From positions 27,776,001 through 27,840,000 of the forward strand of contig OZ024761.1 in NCBI GenBank assembly GCA_964016885.1: DNA of 64,000 nt, written 5' to 3'. Position 1 is the first letter of the stretch. The number at the start of each line of letters is the position of its first letter. A model generated the notes under the pieces. The model ran no database searches, was not told where the DNA came from, and was given only the letters and a program-made list of their open reading frames with translations. A program made the position numbers and the translations under genes. This DNA comes from Eledone cirrhosa. Taxonomy: Eukaryota. Positions 27,650 to 44,566 of the stretch are shown in pieces.

Positions 27650-27900
27650 ATGCATATTTATATCTATCTATCTATATATTAAATGCATAAATATACAGAT
27701 CTAAGTGTGCAAGTAGATTTGTATATTTGAATGTGTATAGCTGCTCAGATGGTCGTTTATGTTGAAGGAACGAGCAATTGTCATAGAAATAAAGTTAGAG
27801 AAAGAGAGAAAGAGAGTGGGTAGATAGTTATACATATATAGAGTTTTATATATATATATAAAATCATGTGTCTATGTGTGTAACATCGTGTGTGTGTGTG

Positions 27901-27939
<39 letters not shown>

Positions 27940-27978
27940 ATTTGTATATATATATATATGTATTTATTTATATAATTG

Positions 27979-28041
<63 letters not shown>

Positions 28042-28275
28042 TTATTTATATATATATATATTTATTTATATATATATTTATATATTTATATATTTATATA
28101 TATATATATTTATTTATATATTTTTATATTTATATATTTATATATATATATATATATTATTTCTATATTTATTTATATATGTATGTATATATATACCATA
28201 GGTTTATTTATATAAGTATATATATATATATATATATACATATATACATACCCCCCATGACACATACATATTTTT

Positions 28276-28330
<55 letters not shown>

Positions 28331-28355
28331 CACATATATATATATATATATATAC

Positions 28356-28426
<71 letters not shown>

Positions 28427-28738
28427 TAGTGATTATGTTCGTGGGGTAGAAAAGAAAACGAGAGCAGTGAAGGTAAGACACATTGATAAATATATGGATG
28501 GTTAAAAGAATGTACAAACATCGTTTAAACTACTCACACAGGCGTGTATATATATGTATATATATATATATTTATATATATATATACATATATATATATA
28601 TAGATGATGACGATGACAAAGACGATGACGAAATATAAATGCATCAGAAATGAAAATAAAACAATAAACTGTTGTGATCGAAGGTAGGAAAGGTAGAAAT
28701 AAAGGAGCGGTGTATGTGTATCTGTGTGTGCATGTGTT

Positions 28739-28779
<41 letters not shown>

Positions 28780-28840
28780 GCGTGTGTGTGTGTGTGTTTA
28801 TGTATGCATATGCGTGTGTGTGTGAAAAATTCTCACACGC

Positions 28841-28889
<49 letters not shown>

Positions 28890-29152
28890 TATATATATAT
28901 GTATGTATATAAATATATATATATATATTATATATATAAATATATGCTATGTTTAAACACACACACACATACATATATATCCTTATATATATTTTGCTAT
29001 ATATATATATATATACATTCCTATATATACATATATATATATATACATCTTTATATATATTTTAATATATATATGTATCTTTATATATATATCTTTATAT
29101 ATATTTTGATATATATATATACATATATAAATCTCTCTTTCTCTCTTCCTCC

Positions 29153-29196
<44 letters not shown>

Positions 29197-29216
29197 GTGT
29201 GTATATGTATATATAT

Positions 29217-29258
<42 letters not shown>

Positions 29259-30175
29259 CGTTAAAAACGAAAGTGAAAATGGAAGAAAGCAATTTTTTGT
29301 CTGTTGTTTTGTCGGGGTGAGGTGATAACTCCGCCATTTTTTTTATTTTTCATCTTAATGCAAATGTCAAAAGGATTTTGCGAATAATGTCTGTCGTGAA
29401 GCACATGTTTTTTATATATATATATGTATTTTTTTCAGTTTTTAGTTCTTCTATAGTTCTTTGTAGTTGCTGTTTTTGTTTTTATCTATATATATATATA
29501 TTTTTTTGTTGCTACGTTTATATTATTCTAGTATTTACCGTTATTTTTTTTCACTCTCTCCGTGTACGTGTGTATGTGTGTGTGAGCGTGTGTATTTATG
29601 TATGTGTGTGTGTGTGTGTGTGTGTGCTTCTAGTTATGTGTTAGTATGTGTGTCTGTGTGTGTGTTTCTGTTTGTTCGTGTATGTGTTAGTGTATGTGTC
29701 TTTCTGCGTGTATTTGTCTGTGTACTTCTTTCTATATGTTTGCGTGTGTGTTTGATTGTGTGCTTATGTTTGTGGTTATATGTGTGTGTGTATGTGTGTG
29801 TTTGTGTGTATGTATGCGTGTGTCTGTCTCTGTGTGTGTGTACTTCTGTTTATATCTTAGCATGAATTTGTTTTTCATTTATGTATTTTCTTTTCTTTCA
29901 TTTCTGTTGTTTTATACTTTGGTGTATTTGATTTTGTTTTGTTTTGTTTTATTACCAACACCACCCAGCACCACCACGAATACCACCACCACTCTTTCTC
30001 ACACGTGAGTAAGCTAGAGGAATAAGCCAAAATGTCTTGCAGAAATGGCAGTTATGATTTATGTCTATGATAATTTCCATACTTGGCTTAGTGCTAAAAA
30101 TTTATTTTATTCGTTGTATATTTTATTGTTATTGTTGTTGTTGTCGTTATTATTATTATTGCAATAATTTTATAC

Positions 30176-30250
<75 letters not shown>

Positions 30251-30401
30251 TATATGTATGTCTATGTATATACATATATATATAATATATACACATATAT
30301 AAATATGTATATATGTATATATATATATGTATGTCTATGTATATACATTTATATATAATATATACACATATATAAATATGTATATATGTATATATATATA
30401 C

Positions 30402-30434
<33 letters not shown>

Positions 30435-30565
30435 TATTGTTTTTGCCCGTCTTATCTTTGACATCACACGAAATGTTGAAAGTAAAGGAAAAAGAAAATA
30501 TCATAATGGTGATGGTAGTAATAATAATAATAGTAACAATAATAATAATAATAGTAACAATAATA

Positions 30566-30599
<34 letters not shown>

Positions 30600-30899
30600 A
30601 TTGCGCCTCCTAGCCGGACGTGGTTACCACACCTTGGTCTTGAATTTATATGAAAAAGAACAATCCTTGAAAATATATATATATATATATATTTTGTTAT
30701 ATATTTTACAATACGGATTATAATGAATGCAATCACAAGCATAAATACATAGAGTTATGGTAAGCCGTTTGTTTTGACACGAGACACTAATGTAAAAGCG
30801 AACTTCCTTACCCCCACTGATGAAATTATCCTATGATACCTACATGAAGAATACTATGGACGGAAATAAATGCATTTATATATCTAAAGTCTAAAATCT

Positions 30900-31045
30900 C
30901 TCTCGAGCCGCCCAGGTTCACCCGGCTGGTGGTTATCTCGGTTTCCAGAGCGTAAAGCGACTGAGAGTACAAGATAGCCCACAGGCTATGGTGCCGGTTC
31001 ATCGCAGGGTTAAATTCTCATCTAAGGCTGGCTGGTACTCATATC
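30900..31045 (-). mobile_element. Diverged SINE 3' half (second family)
   Basis: Similar to 32320-32462 (ccggtttc..gaagcgactgagagtacaaga..gcagggttaa). Confidence 0.55.
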
Positions 31046-32317
31046 ATTTATATGTGTCAGAGATCATATCAGATTCATTTTCACAGCTGCAACAGCATAC
31101 GGACCAGCTTTGCATCAATACTGGAAACAAATGTAGACGTATACGTCCTTAAAGTTTAGTGGAGTCGTAGAGACGCCGTCCTTGCAGTCGGCCTGTCACG
31201 GACCTTTTAAACATAGTGGAGTTGATCCCTCTCCAAATCAAAGCACTACTGATGTTTTGTTTTCCAGAGTAGCTAGATAATCTAATCTAATCTGGCCAAG
31301 TTTACACTCGCAAATAAGAAGAACCAGGCCCGCCCCTAGGAGCATTGGATTTGGTGTACTTCATATTTGTTTCGGTTGCTGAATACAATCAGGAGTCGTT
31401 GTTTCTCCTGAAGGTCAAATAGTTTTCTTGTAACCCGAGTGGGAGCGCCTTTCCATTATCAATTTGCATTGATCATCTTCAAAGTCGGATTGTTCTCAGA
31501 ACCACGAAACCAGTCTTTCGATGCGTGCAGCTGGAACTACTGCCATCCATTGATTTGGCAGGATTTTATTTTTCTTTTGGATGGCCGTGGACTCTTATGA
31601 GTTCTTCCACCCTTTGGTAGGTTTTGTATTTTGTCCTGCAGGGTGTCCAGAATCACCCTGATAGATATAAAAGTGTGAAATAACCAGCCTTAGAACTAGA
31701 CTAGTAATTTATTTATGGAGCTCAAAGGATGAATGACAAAATTAACCTCAGCGATATTCTAACATATAGGGTAATATGTTGGAATAAATACCGAGACAGT
31801 TTTAATCTGACGTTGTAACGAATCTGCCATCTTGCCGATGCTTTTGAAACAAATATATAATAGAAATTTTTATGAGTTCCTTCTTAAACAGTGTTTGCTT
31901 AATAAGTTCACTTCGTACCGTCGTGGTTTTGGGTTAAATCATTACTGCATAGCGCCTTGAAGATTCGTGTTCTACTATTGCTTTTGGTTAATCAATACTT
32001 TGATCCCCCACCCTCACCCCAACACCAACACCCAAGCAATTACGTTTCCCAATACACTTAAAACATCTCATACCGCATTTCATACATCCTGAGCAATATA
32101 AAGGTATATTGTAATAAACTGACAGTATCATCTCACCGTGATCAAATGAAAAACACAAATAATTTCGTAGTAACTTAACCATCAGTTAACACAATCCAGG
32201 ATGGGGTTTAAATTAGATGTTTATGACAAAAGTAAATCTCCTAAAGTTACCTGCTCAGAAGGATTTGGAGGTTTCGTTCTTATCTAAGTCCTAAAGTATG
32301 TCTTATTCTATTTAAAG

Positions 32318-32463
32318 CTCGTTAGACCGGTGCTTATCCCGGTTTCAGGGCATGAAGCGACTGAGAGTACAAGAATCTCCCCTTCCCTGGACAGGGCGCT
32401 GGTCCACCGCAAGGTTAAGTCCCCCAGCTATTGCTGGGACTCATTTTCAGCTGAGTATACTGG
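32318..32463 (-). mobile_element. SINE 3' half (second family)
   Basis: Minus strand actcagctgaaaatgagt...aaccttgcggtggaccagcgccctgtccaggg...gtcgcttcatgccctgaaaccgggataagc resembles, from memory, CORE-type invertebrate SINE bodies; second copy at 30900. Confidence 0.62.
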
Positions 32464-32496
32464 TACAATACACACACACATACAAACACATAGATA

Positions 32497-32537
<41 letters not shown>

Positions 32538-32738
32538 GCACACGCAGATACACACACACACACACACACACACACGTATACACACACTCACACGCACAGA
32601 TACACACACGCACACGCACAGATATACACACGCACACACACAGATATACACAGACATACCGGGGTAGGCAGCGGAGGTTTTAGTCGTCTGCTGTATTTCA
32701 GAGGTTCAGAGACCGTAATATCATGTGATTATTACTAG

Positions 32739-33512
32739 AGGGCGGTGGATTGGCGGTATTGGGAGAGGGTCGGACGCCATGCTTTGACGTATAGAGTTAC
32801 GGCCCTTGCCATTCTGAGTTCAAATCCCGCCGAGGTTAACTTTGCCTTTCATCCGTACGGGGTCGATAAAATAAAGTACCAGTAATGCACTGGGAAATTG
32901 TTGGCCTTGTGCCTAACGTAGAAACAATTATTACTAGAGGTTAACTTTGCCTTTCATCCTTACGGGGTCGATCAAATAAAGTACCAGTAATGCACTGGGA
33001 TATTTGCTGGCCTGGTGCCAAAAGTAGAAACAATTATTACTATACTAGTACGGTGGTGAATTGGCAGTATCGGTAGAGGGTCGGGTATGCTTTCCAGCAT
33101 AGTTACGTCCCTTTACGATCTGAGTTCAAATCCCGCCGAGGTTAACTTTGCCTTTCATCCTTACGGGGTCGATAAAATAAAGTACCAGTAATGCACTGGG
33201 TTATTGCTGGCCTTGTGCCAAAAGTAGAAACAATTATTACTATACTAGTACAGCACATGTGCCCACAAATCTATCAACCTTCAGACCTATCAACAAATAA
33301 CAGTATTTCAACTTTATAGGGCGGTGGATTGGCACTATCGGTAGAGGGTCGGACGCCATGCTTTCAAGCATAGTTACGTCCCTTTACGATCTGAGTTCAA
33401 ATCCCGCCGAGGTTGACTTTGCCTTTCATCCTTACGGGGTCGATAAAATAAAGTACCAGTAATGCACTGGGTAATTGCTGGCCTTGTGCCTAAAGTAGAA
33501 ACAAGTATTTCA
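32739..33512 (+). mobile_element. Head-to-tail array of four main-family SINE copies
   Basis: Copies start near 32739, 32936 (truncated), 33050 and 33318; each ends in ...gtagaaacaa. Confidence 0.9.
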
Positions 33513-33729
33513 ACTTTATCACCTAAGGATCACATACAGTTTTCTTGTGACTTAATTACTAGTAGATACCCACCTCTATACTCGTCTACGCAGATAGATA
33601 TCACACTTAAATTTGATGTCGGTGATAAGAGCAAATCTAAGGAATATGAACGCTAACAAGCTATAACGTTAATGGTTAAGATTTTAAAATATAAATTAAA
33701 TAAGACATTTACGAGCACAAACCAAAGAT

Positions 33730-36614
<2,885 letters not shown>

Positions 36615-36824
36615 GAACAAGTAAGACCCCCGACGGCTGAGCTCAAGCCGTTTCGACGGCTAATTCTGTACTGAATGAAAATTTATCCTGGTATTTAAAT
36701 AGCCGAACTTATCAAGGGGTAATTCCATATATGGTCAAAGAGATAATCACCAGGATTGGTCACATCACAAGTTAGTAGTAAATCTATGATGGCAAGTTGG
36801 TGGGGGAAGGGGTAGCTAAACCTG

Positions 36825-37222
36825 AACCTGCACTATATCCACCGCCGATCTAACCATCCTAGGAACATCACCAACAACCTGGTCAAAAACATCTCCCTCC
36901 GTATATCCCGTTTGTCAGCTAATGAGAAGATATTCGATGAACATGCGCCTTACTACAACCAGGCCCCCAAGCGGAGTGGTTTCCGGGAGGAAATATCCTA
37001 CTGTCCAGCTCCCATTAGCGGAACCAGCAGGCGACACCGCCGCTCACGCAATGTAACATGGTTCTATCCTCCCCACAACGCCGAGGTGACAACTCCCATC
37101 GGGAAAATTTTCTTTAGGCTCATTGAAAAACACTTCCCATTACAACACCGCTACCACAACATAATTAACAAAAATACCATCAATCTCTCTTACAGCACCA
37201 CACCTAACTTCGCACAAAACAT
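36825..37222 (+). pseudogene. PLE RT thumb/linker coding fragment
   Basis: LHYIHRRSNHP...ISRLSANEKIF...YYNQAPKRSGF...RSRNVTWFYPPH...IGKIFFRLIEKHFP...INKNTINLSYS, matching typical PLE YIHxxSNHP, WFNPP and KHFP motifs. Confidence 0.82.
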
Positions 37223-37363
37223 CCTCTACTCCACCCCCTCTCCCTTTTTCTCCTACCGGCAGGTTTAGCTACCCCTTCCCCCACCAACTTGCCATCACAG
37301 ATTTACTACTAACTTGTGATGTGACCAATCCTGGTGATTATCTCTTTGACCATATATGGAATT

Positions 37364-37457
37364 ACCCCTTGATAAGTTCGGCTATTTAAATACCAGAATA
37401 AATTTTCATTCAATACAGAATTAGCCGTCGAAACGGCTTGAGCTCAGCCGTCGGGGT
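37364..37457 (+). ncRNA. Type I hammerhead motif with U3-A8 core (mirror copy at about 36626-36720, minus strand)
   Basis: acccc TTGATAA gttcggcta [long loop] tagccgtc GAAACGGC ttgagctca GCCGTC^ggggt. Confidence 0.75.
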
Positions 37458-37549
37458 CTTACTTGTTCCTATTACCCACTCTACTACCCTAAGTATTGAG
37501 TACTTTGGTGCGTTATGGTCCACCTGGTTCCTTACCACATTTCCTTCGT

Positions 37550-37591
<42 letters not shown>

Positions 37592-37633
37592 TGTGTATAT
37601 ATATATATATACATATATATATATGTAGATATA

Positions 37634-37686
<53 letters not shown>

Positions 37687-37763
37687 TTATATATACATTT
37701 ATGTATACATTTATATATATATTTATATATATATATATAAATATATATATAAAAGATATATTA

Positions 37764-37832
37764 AGGGCGGTGCCCCAGCATGGCCTCAGCCGGATGGCTG
37801 AAACAGGTAAAAGAGTAAAAGAGTAAAAGAGA
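37764..37832 (+). mobile_element. SINE 3' terminal fragment with (GTAAAAGA)n tail
   Basis: ggcggtgccccagcatggcc..gctgaaacag followed by three gtaaaaga units; recalled as an octopus SINE-type tail. Confidence 0.55.
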
Positions 37833-37939
37833 TATTTAATCCGGTTAACTCTCTCTCTATCTCTCTCTCTCTCTCTCTCTCTTTATATATATATCCGTCC
37901 ATCTATTCTAATATCATCTACAGTACAGATACATTATTA

Positions 37940-38060
37940 TCTGCGTTCAAATCCCGCCGAGGTTGACTTTGCCTTTCATCCTTACGGGGTCGATAAAATA
38001 ACGTACCGGTAATGCACTGGGTATTTGCTGGCCTTGTGCCTAAAGTAGAAACAATTATTA
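37940..38060 (+). mobile_element. 5'-truncated main-family SINE
   Basis: gttcaaatcccgccgaggttgactttgcctttcatcc...gtagaaacaatt. Confidence 0.88.
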
Positions 38061-38725
38061 TATATATACACTCACACATACATATATATATATATGTATA
38101 TATGTATATCTTGGAAAGTCGCGAGGTTTGGAATATTGTGATAACAAAAAACAGATGTAGGAAAGAAGTGATTTCGAATGCAAAGAGATGAAGAAAAGGG
38201 AAAATCAATGATTATATTACATTGTAATATTCATTGCTAACGATATATTTCGGAAAAACTTGCCATTTTCAAGTTGTTTCTATGTTTAGTTGATTTTTGT
38301 GGATTTCCATCGATTTGTCTGTATGTGTGCCAGTTGTTCTTTCTATCAAGATCAATCTACGTCTATCACGTAGATGAAGTTAGACTTTTCAATCCCGCTG
38401 AAATCACCTTTACATATCATTGTTCCGTGGTCGATAAAACAAAGTACGATTTAAATAATCACGTCAAATTGCTGACCTTGTGGAAATATTAGGAATAAAT
38501 TTATTATAATTGAAAAGGTTGCAAAAATCATGAAAATGATAGGTTTCTATAATTATCAGATAATACGTGTGTGTGTGTGTGTGTGTGTGTGTGAAGGCGA
38601 TGTATGCCCAATGCATTGAATCATAATACATCGGATACACTCCTTTCGGATCAGGTTTTTTATTCTAACGTGCCGTCCTTTGTCTAAAGGTATTTATGCA
38701 ACTCATTATAAAATGATAATAATAA

Positions 38726-38910
38726 TAATTGTTTCTACTTTTGGCACAAGGCCAGCAATTATCCAGTTCATTACTGGTACTTTATTTTATCGACCCGGTA
38801 AGGATGAAAGGCAAAGTTAACCTCGACGGGATTTGAACTCAGACCGTAAAGGGACGTAACTATGCTGGAAAGCAGGGCGTCCGACTCTCTACCGATACTG
38901 CCAATCCACA
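38726..38910 (-). mobile_element. Main-family SINE
   Basis: Reverse complement of the family unit, between TAA tracts. Confidence 0.9.
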
Positions 38911-39076
38911 TAATAATAATAATTATTATTATTCATTTGCACAGTGATGGTCTTATTAACAATAGATAATTTAATTGACTCCCTATCAGGATTTAATTGA
39001 CTTTCCCATCTCCCAAAATTGCTGGCCTCGTGCCTATATAAGAAACCATTATTATTATTATTATTATTAGAAAATC

Positions 39077-39880
39077 AACTAGCCAATCTCTTCGGAAGGA
39101 CTTTCGGGCCGGGGCCTATGGACAACTTCCAGAAATCCCTGGCCTGGCAGTGCTACCGAGGAGCTTTGCCAGTTCGGGATAAACTCTACAGGCATGGAGG
39201 TGCCGTCAGCCTGGCATGTCCGAGATGCGCGCAGGGCGACGAAACCGTCCTGCACGCATTCGTCCAGTGTCCGAGCATTTCTGACTTGTGGGTTTATGTC
39301 GAACACCTGCTGTCACGTGTAGGACGGATCCAGCTATCAGCTGAGTCCATCGTGAGGATTGCCCCGCCCTCTTCCTTTAGCCGGGAAGGGCAGGCAGTTT
39401 TTATCTGTCTGGTGGCCATGGCGAAAGAGATAGTATGGTGGACACGTTTGAAAGGGCTGAAGACGAGCACTTACCTCTTCGGTGATACCCTGATTAACTT
39501 TTTCAAATTTCATTTGAAAAGGAAAATCAGGGTAGAGAGGGAAGTGCTCTCTTCCCAGCATTTTGTTGAAAGATGGGTGAGAGAAGCAAGAATGGCCCGA
39601 GTGAATGGCCCTACTCTGAGTATGTGTCTGTAAATTAAAGGTGGAAAACTGGGAGAGGGAACTTACCCTCTTGGTCAGGGTCACTGTAGTCTTTTAATGG
39701 GATTTCTCCACAAATGTCCCTCGGAAGTCTCCCCCCTATTGGGGAATTTTTCATTGTTATTTTTATTACATCCTCTGTTTTTTTTTACACGCAGAAATGC
39801 CCATTTGTACCGTCCTGTATTTTCCTGTACTGTCCTTAATGTCAACTTTATGTAAACCCTTGTGGTTAATAAAGAAAACA
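39077..39880 (+). mobile_element. Tx1/L1-like LINE 3' end, subfamily A (C-terminal zinc finger + UTR)
   Basis: LAWQCYRGALPV...CPRCAQGDETVLHAFVQCP...LW (CCHC typical of L1/Tx1 ORF2 C-terminus); stop at 39633; ends ccttgtggttaataaagaaaac + (ATT)n. Confidence 0.85.
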
Positions 39881-39950
39881 TTATTATTATTATTATTATT
39901 ATTGTGCCTAAAGTAGAAACAATTATTATTATTATTATTATTATTATTAT

Positions 39951-41058
39951 TGTTCTTTGAGTCTTAGTCATTGATGTTAGTTAACTGGAAAGTTTGTTGA
40001 AATGAATATCAAGCCACCACCTGCAGCCTCAGATATTCAGGACCTATCGGAGGGTTCGTGCTGTTCCCAGAAAGCATGCCTTTTGAAGTGTTCCAAAAAG
40101 CGGGGCGGGGTTAATTTTCTTTAACCATCCTTGGAAACTCTTTGAGATAGTACCTAGTGCGCCTATGACTTCATGGCAGTTCCAAATCCTTTTTACCTCC
40201 CACTTTAAGTCCTGGTATCGGTTAATTTTCTCCCTCTCCTTCTCTTGCACTCTCGTGTCGAATGGGCAGGCCACATCCACAATCAGGCACGATCTTTTTT
40301 CCTTGTCCAAAACCACCAGGTCAGGTCTATTGTGTTCCAGTTTCTTGTCCGTCTGTATCCTAAAATCCCACAGCACCTTCACCTGATCGTTTACAATCAC
40401 CGACTCTGGCTTATGGTCATACCACTTCTCAGAATGTGGTAAATTGTTTACTTTGCATAGGTGCCAGTGGATCACCCTGCCTATCACATCATGTCTCTAG
40501 CCTTTATAGTGAGTCTGGGCTAGGTGTTTACACTCGAATACAATGTGAGCCACAGTCTCCTCTCTCTCTCCACAGATCCTACACAGTGGGCTAGCCTCCT
40601 CCTTGTAAATATGGTGTTTCAGCCACTTCGTTTTGAGGGCCTGCTCTTGCGCAGCCATTAGCATTCCTTCTGTAGCCTTTTTAAGGTCTCCTCTTTTCAA
40701 CCAGTTCCATGTCTGTGGATCTCTGAATTCAGTTTTCTCGAAGAAGGGACTATGAAGGGATTTTTCATGAAGGTTGCTCTTTCTCCTTGTTGTTATTTCC
40801 TCCTTGGACATATCCTGGTCTATTGTCCTCTCCTTCAGTACAATTCTGAGCATTGGCTCCCTACTATCAGTTACGTATTTGTGTAGGTTGTTTTTCTCCA
40901 TCTGAACACAGTCCTCTATGCTGATAAGACCTCTTCCACCTTTAGATCTCCTTAAGTAGAGTCTATCGACATCACTCTTCTTGTGGAACATGTTGTAGAT
41001 AGTCAATAGCTTCCTAGTCTTCCTATCCATTTCTTTTTGTTCAGCAACATTTCAACTT
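39951..41058 (-). mobile_element. 5'-truncated R4/Dong-like retrotransposon (post-RT, CCHC, RLE)
   Basis: KSDVDRLYLRRSKGGRGL, LMAAQEQAL, CRICGEREETVAHIVFEC, VLWDFRIQTD..HNRPDLVV, EKINRYQDL; (TAA)n tail. Confidence 0.92.
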
Positions 41059-41076
41059 GTTATTATTATTATTATA

Positions 41077-41211
41077 TCCATTTTTCTCCTTTTCTTATAT
41101 AAATAATAAAAATATTTACACGCACAAAACCCACATCGTACCGTCCTGTACCGTCCTGTGCCGTCTGTAATGTTTTTCTTGATGTCAGCCCTTGTGACCA
41201 ATAAAGAAATC
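41077..41211 (+). mobile_element. Tx1/L1-like subfamily B extreme 3' fragment
   Basis: Reverse complement of 2889-3022; (ATT)n on both sides. Confidence 0.75.
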
Positions 41212-41256
41212 ATTATTATTATTAATATTATTATTATTATTATTAACATTAACAAA

Positions 41257-42290
41257 GGCGGTGGATTGGCAGTATCGGTAGAGGGTCGGATGCCATGCTT
41301 TGAAGCATAGAGTTACGTCCCTTTACAGACTGAGTTCAAATCCCTCCAAGGTTAACTTTGCCTTTCATCCTTACGGGGTCGAGGAAATAAAGTGCCAGTA
41401 ATGTACTGGGTAATTGCTGGCCTTGTGCCAAAAGTAGAAACAATTATTATCAAATAGGGTCTGGAATGGCAGTATTTTGTAGAGGGTCGGACGCCATGCT
41501 TTGACGCATAGAGTTACGGCCCTTGCCATTCTGAGTTCGAATCCCGCCGAGGTTAACTTTGCCTTTCATCCTTACGGGGTCGATAAAATAAAATACCAGT
41601 AATGTACTGGAATAATTGCTGGCCTTGTGCCAATTGTAGAAACAATTATTATTATCAAATATTGGCAGTATCAGTAGAGGGTCGGACGCCATGCCTTCCA
41701 GCATAGAGTTACGTCCCTTTACGGTCTAAGTTCAAATCCCGTTGAGGCTAACTCTGCCTTTCATCCTTACGGGTTAGATAAAATAAAGTACCAGTAATGC
41801 ACTGGGTAATTGCTGGCCTTGTGCCAAAAGTAGAAACAATTATTAAATATGGCGGTGGAATGGCAGCATCAGTAGATAGAGTTACGTCCCTTTACGGTCT
41901 AAGTTCAAATCCCGTTGAGGTTAACTTTGCCTTTCATCCTTACGGGGTAGATAAAATAATGTACCAGTAATGTACTGGGTTTTTGCTGGCCTTGTGCCTA
42001 AAGTAGAAACAATTATTAAATATGGCGGTGGAATGGCAGTATTAGTGGAGAGTAGATATTCGGACATGCTTTGCAACATAGAGTCACGGTAGATGGCAGA
42101 ATTGTTTCAGTGTCAGACTAATGCTTTGTAGATTTGGTTGTGGTTGTCTCCGCTCTCAGTTCAAATCCTGTTGAGGCTCAGTCTTGTATTTCTACCTTCC
42201 TGGGTCGTTGAAATAGATCACCAATCTAATGCTGGAGTCAATATACTCGACTTTCCGCCTTCTCCTTAAATTGTGCCTATTGAGGAATCA
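41257..42290 (+). mobile_element. Head-to-tail array of about five SINE copies (last one diverged)
   Basis: Starts near 41257, 41457, 41660, 41850 and 42021. Confidence 0.88.
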
Positions 42291-42505
42291 ACGTAATCGT
42301 CATTATCATCGTTTTATTTACCTCCATCTCCACCCTCTTCACTATTATTATTATCATCATCATCAGCATCATCAACACTATAATGATTATCATCATCATC
42401 ATCCGCATCACTATCACCATCATCATCATCATAATTTCCGATTCAATAGGCTGGTCTTACACCGATTATTTTACTAAAATAGCCAGTCATGAGAAAAGAC
42501 TGAGG

Positions 42506-42613
<108 letters not shown>

Positions 42614-42616
42614 ATG

Positions 42617-42647
<31 letters not shown>

Positions 42648-42654
42648 GTGTACG

Positions 42655-42689
<35 letters not shown>

Positions 42690-42796
42690 ATATATACACA
42701 TATACCTACACTCAAATATATATATATATATATCTATGTATATATCTATGTATCTATACAAATCTATATATGTATTTATATATACATATACATACA

Positions 42797-42932
<136 letters not shown>

Positions 42933-42976
42933 TAAGTAAAGAAACATATATATACATATACATATATATAAGTATG

Positions 42977-43007
<31 letters not shown>

Positions 43008-43289
43008 GCGTATATATATATGCATATATATATATATACACACATATATATATATATATAAGATTGTTTTATCTCCTCTCTTCCCTATATCTTTCACCAG
43101 TTGTCTACCTGTTAGTTTGTCTCCCAACATATCATACGACAGTCCCTCTCCGTAAAGCCACTACACCACATTCTGAAACCCATTACTATATGGATATTTC
43201 CTTTGTGCTTTTTCTTCTTGTTGTTGATGATGTTGTTGCTTTGTCTCTGCGTCTGTTCTTTATTTTTTTGTTGTTTTTTTTTCTTTTCT

Positions 43290-43677
43290 TTTCCTATTTC
43301 CAGTCTCCACATTCTGGTTATATGTATTTCCAGACAATTTCTCCATTATCATCTGTTTGGAATGATATTTTGATTAGGAGTCGCTTCCATTTCTTCCTGG
43401 TAATTCCTGACAAGAATATCCGGCTGATTAGTCCCCCCCCCCCCCCTTCGTGCTATCACTGTAGATTGTCATATCCCACAATTTTGCCACCATTTCTGTC
43501 TCAGAGATATCTTTTTCTGATATATATATATATATATATACATATATCTATATATACATATATCTATATATATTTATATATATATTAAATATATATATAT
43601 ACGTACTGTATATATATATATATCTATACATATATATATATAACATATATATATATATAATATATATATATATATAC

Positions 43678-43709
<32 letters not shown>

Positions 43710-43778
43710 TACTATATATATGTATGTGTGTGTATATATATATGTATGTGTGTGTATATATATATATATGTGTGTGTG

Positions 43779-43833
<55 letters not shown>

Positions 43834-43872
43834 ATATATATATATGTATATATATATATGGGTGTGGGTGTG

Positions 43873-43903
<31 letters not shown>

Positions 43904-44240
43904 GGGTGTGTGTGTATATATATATGTATATATATATATATATATCACCTCTTTCTTCTTGGCATTCCAAAGTGCTGGCATAACTTCCAGTGTATGTAAA
44001 TATCTATTTTGTCATGCATAAACAAGTGTTTACTCTCGGCTAGGATTATGTTCTGCCATACACGTTATGTGAATTTCTTCTTTCCCAGCCTCCACGTAAT
44101 CTGCTCTTACTTAATGGATTCTCCTTCATTTTATGCTTTATGGTTTCTGGTGAGAAGGCCCTCAGTCTTTTGGCATAATCAACTATCATTTTATCTCAAC
44201 TTTGAATTTTGCACTTCTTAGCTAGTGATGTGATTTCTCG
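43290..44240 (-). mobile_element. Old degenerate R4-like fragment split by a TA tract
   Basis: Minus-strand peptides [17 protein letters not shown] (about 43960-44017) and [17 protein letters not shown] (about 43405-43487). Confidence 0.55.
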
Positions 44241-44566
44241 TTAGTATTCCCCCCCCCCACTTCAATGTATTCTTTTTATTGTTTATATTTATTATGAATT
44301 GACTAGGTGGGGCCTAATTGTTTTTTTTTTTTCAGTATTTTTTTTCATAACTTTAACGTGTCGTGTTATAGTACAAATATTGTTTTTTTAAGATCTTAAG
44401 TTTTTTCCTTAAATTTCTGTTGTTGTTCTTGTTTTCCATCCCAACTATTTCTTACTTTAGGGCTTCTGTCATATTTGTTGGCATCCTTGAAGACAAAACA
44501 GTGTTTTGTTTCGTATTCTAGTGATGTATATGTTAGTTTTACATTATTTCCTACTCGATATTCAGA

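Noticed and set aside
32739-32830. Possible tRNA gene (A and B boxes)
   Set aside because: No cloverleaf seen; it is the head of a multi-copy SINE.
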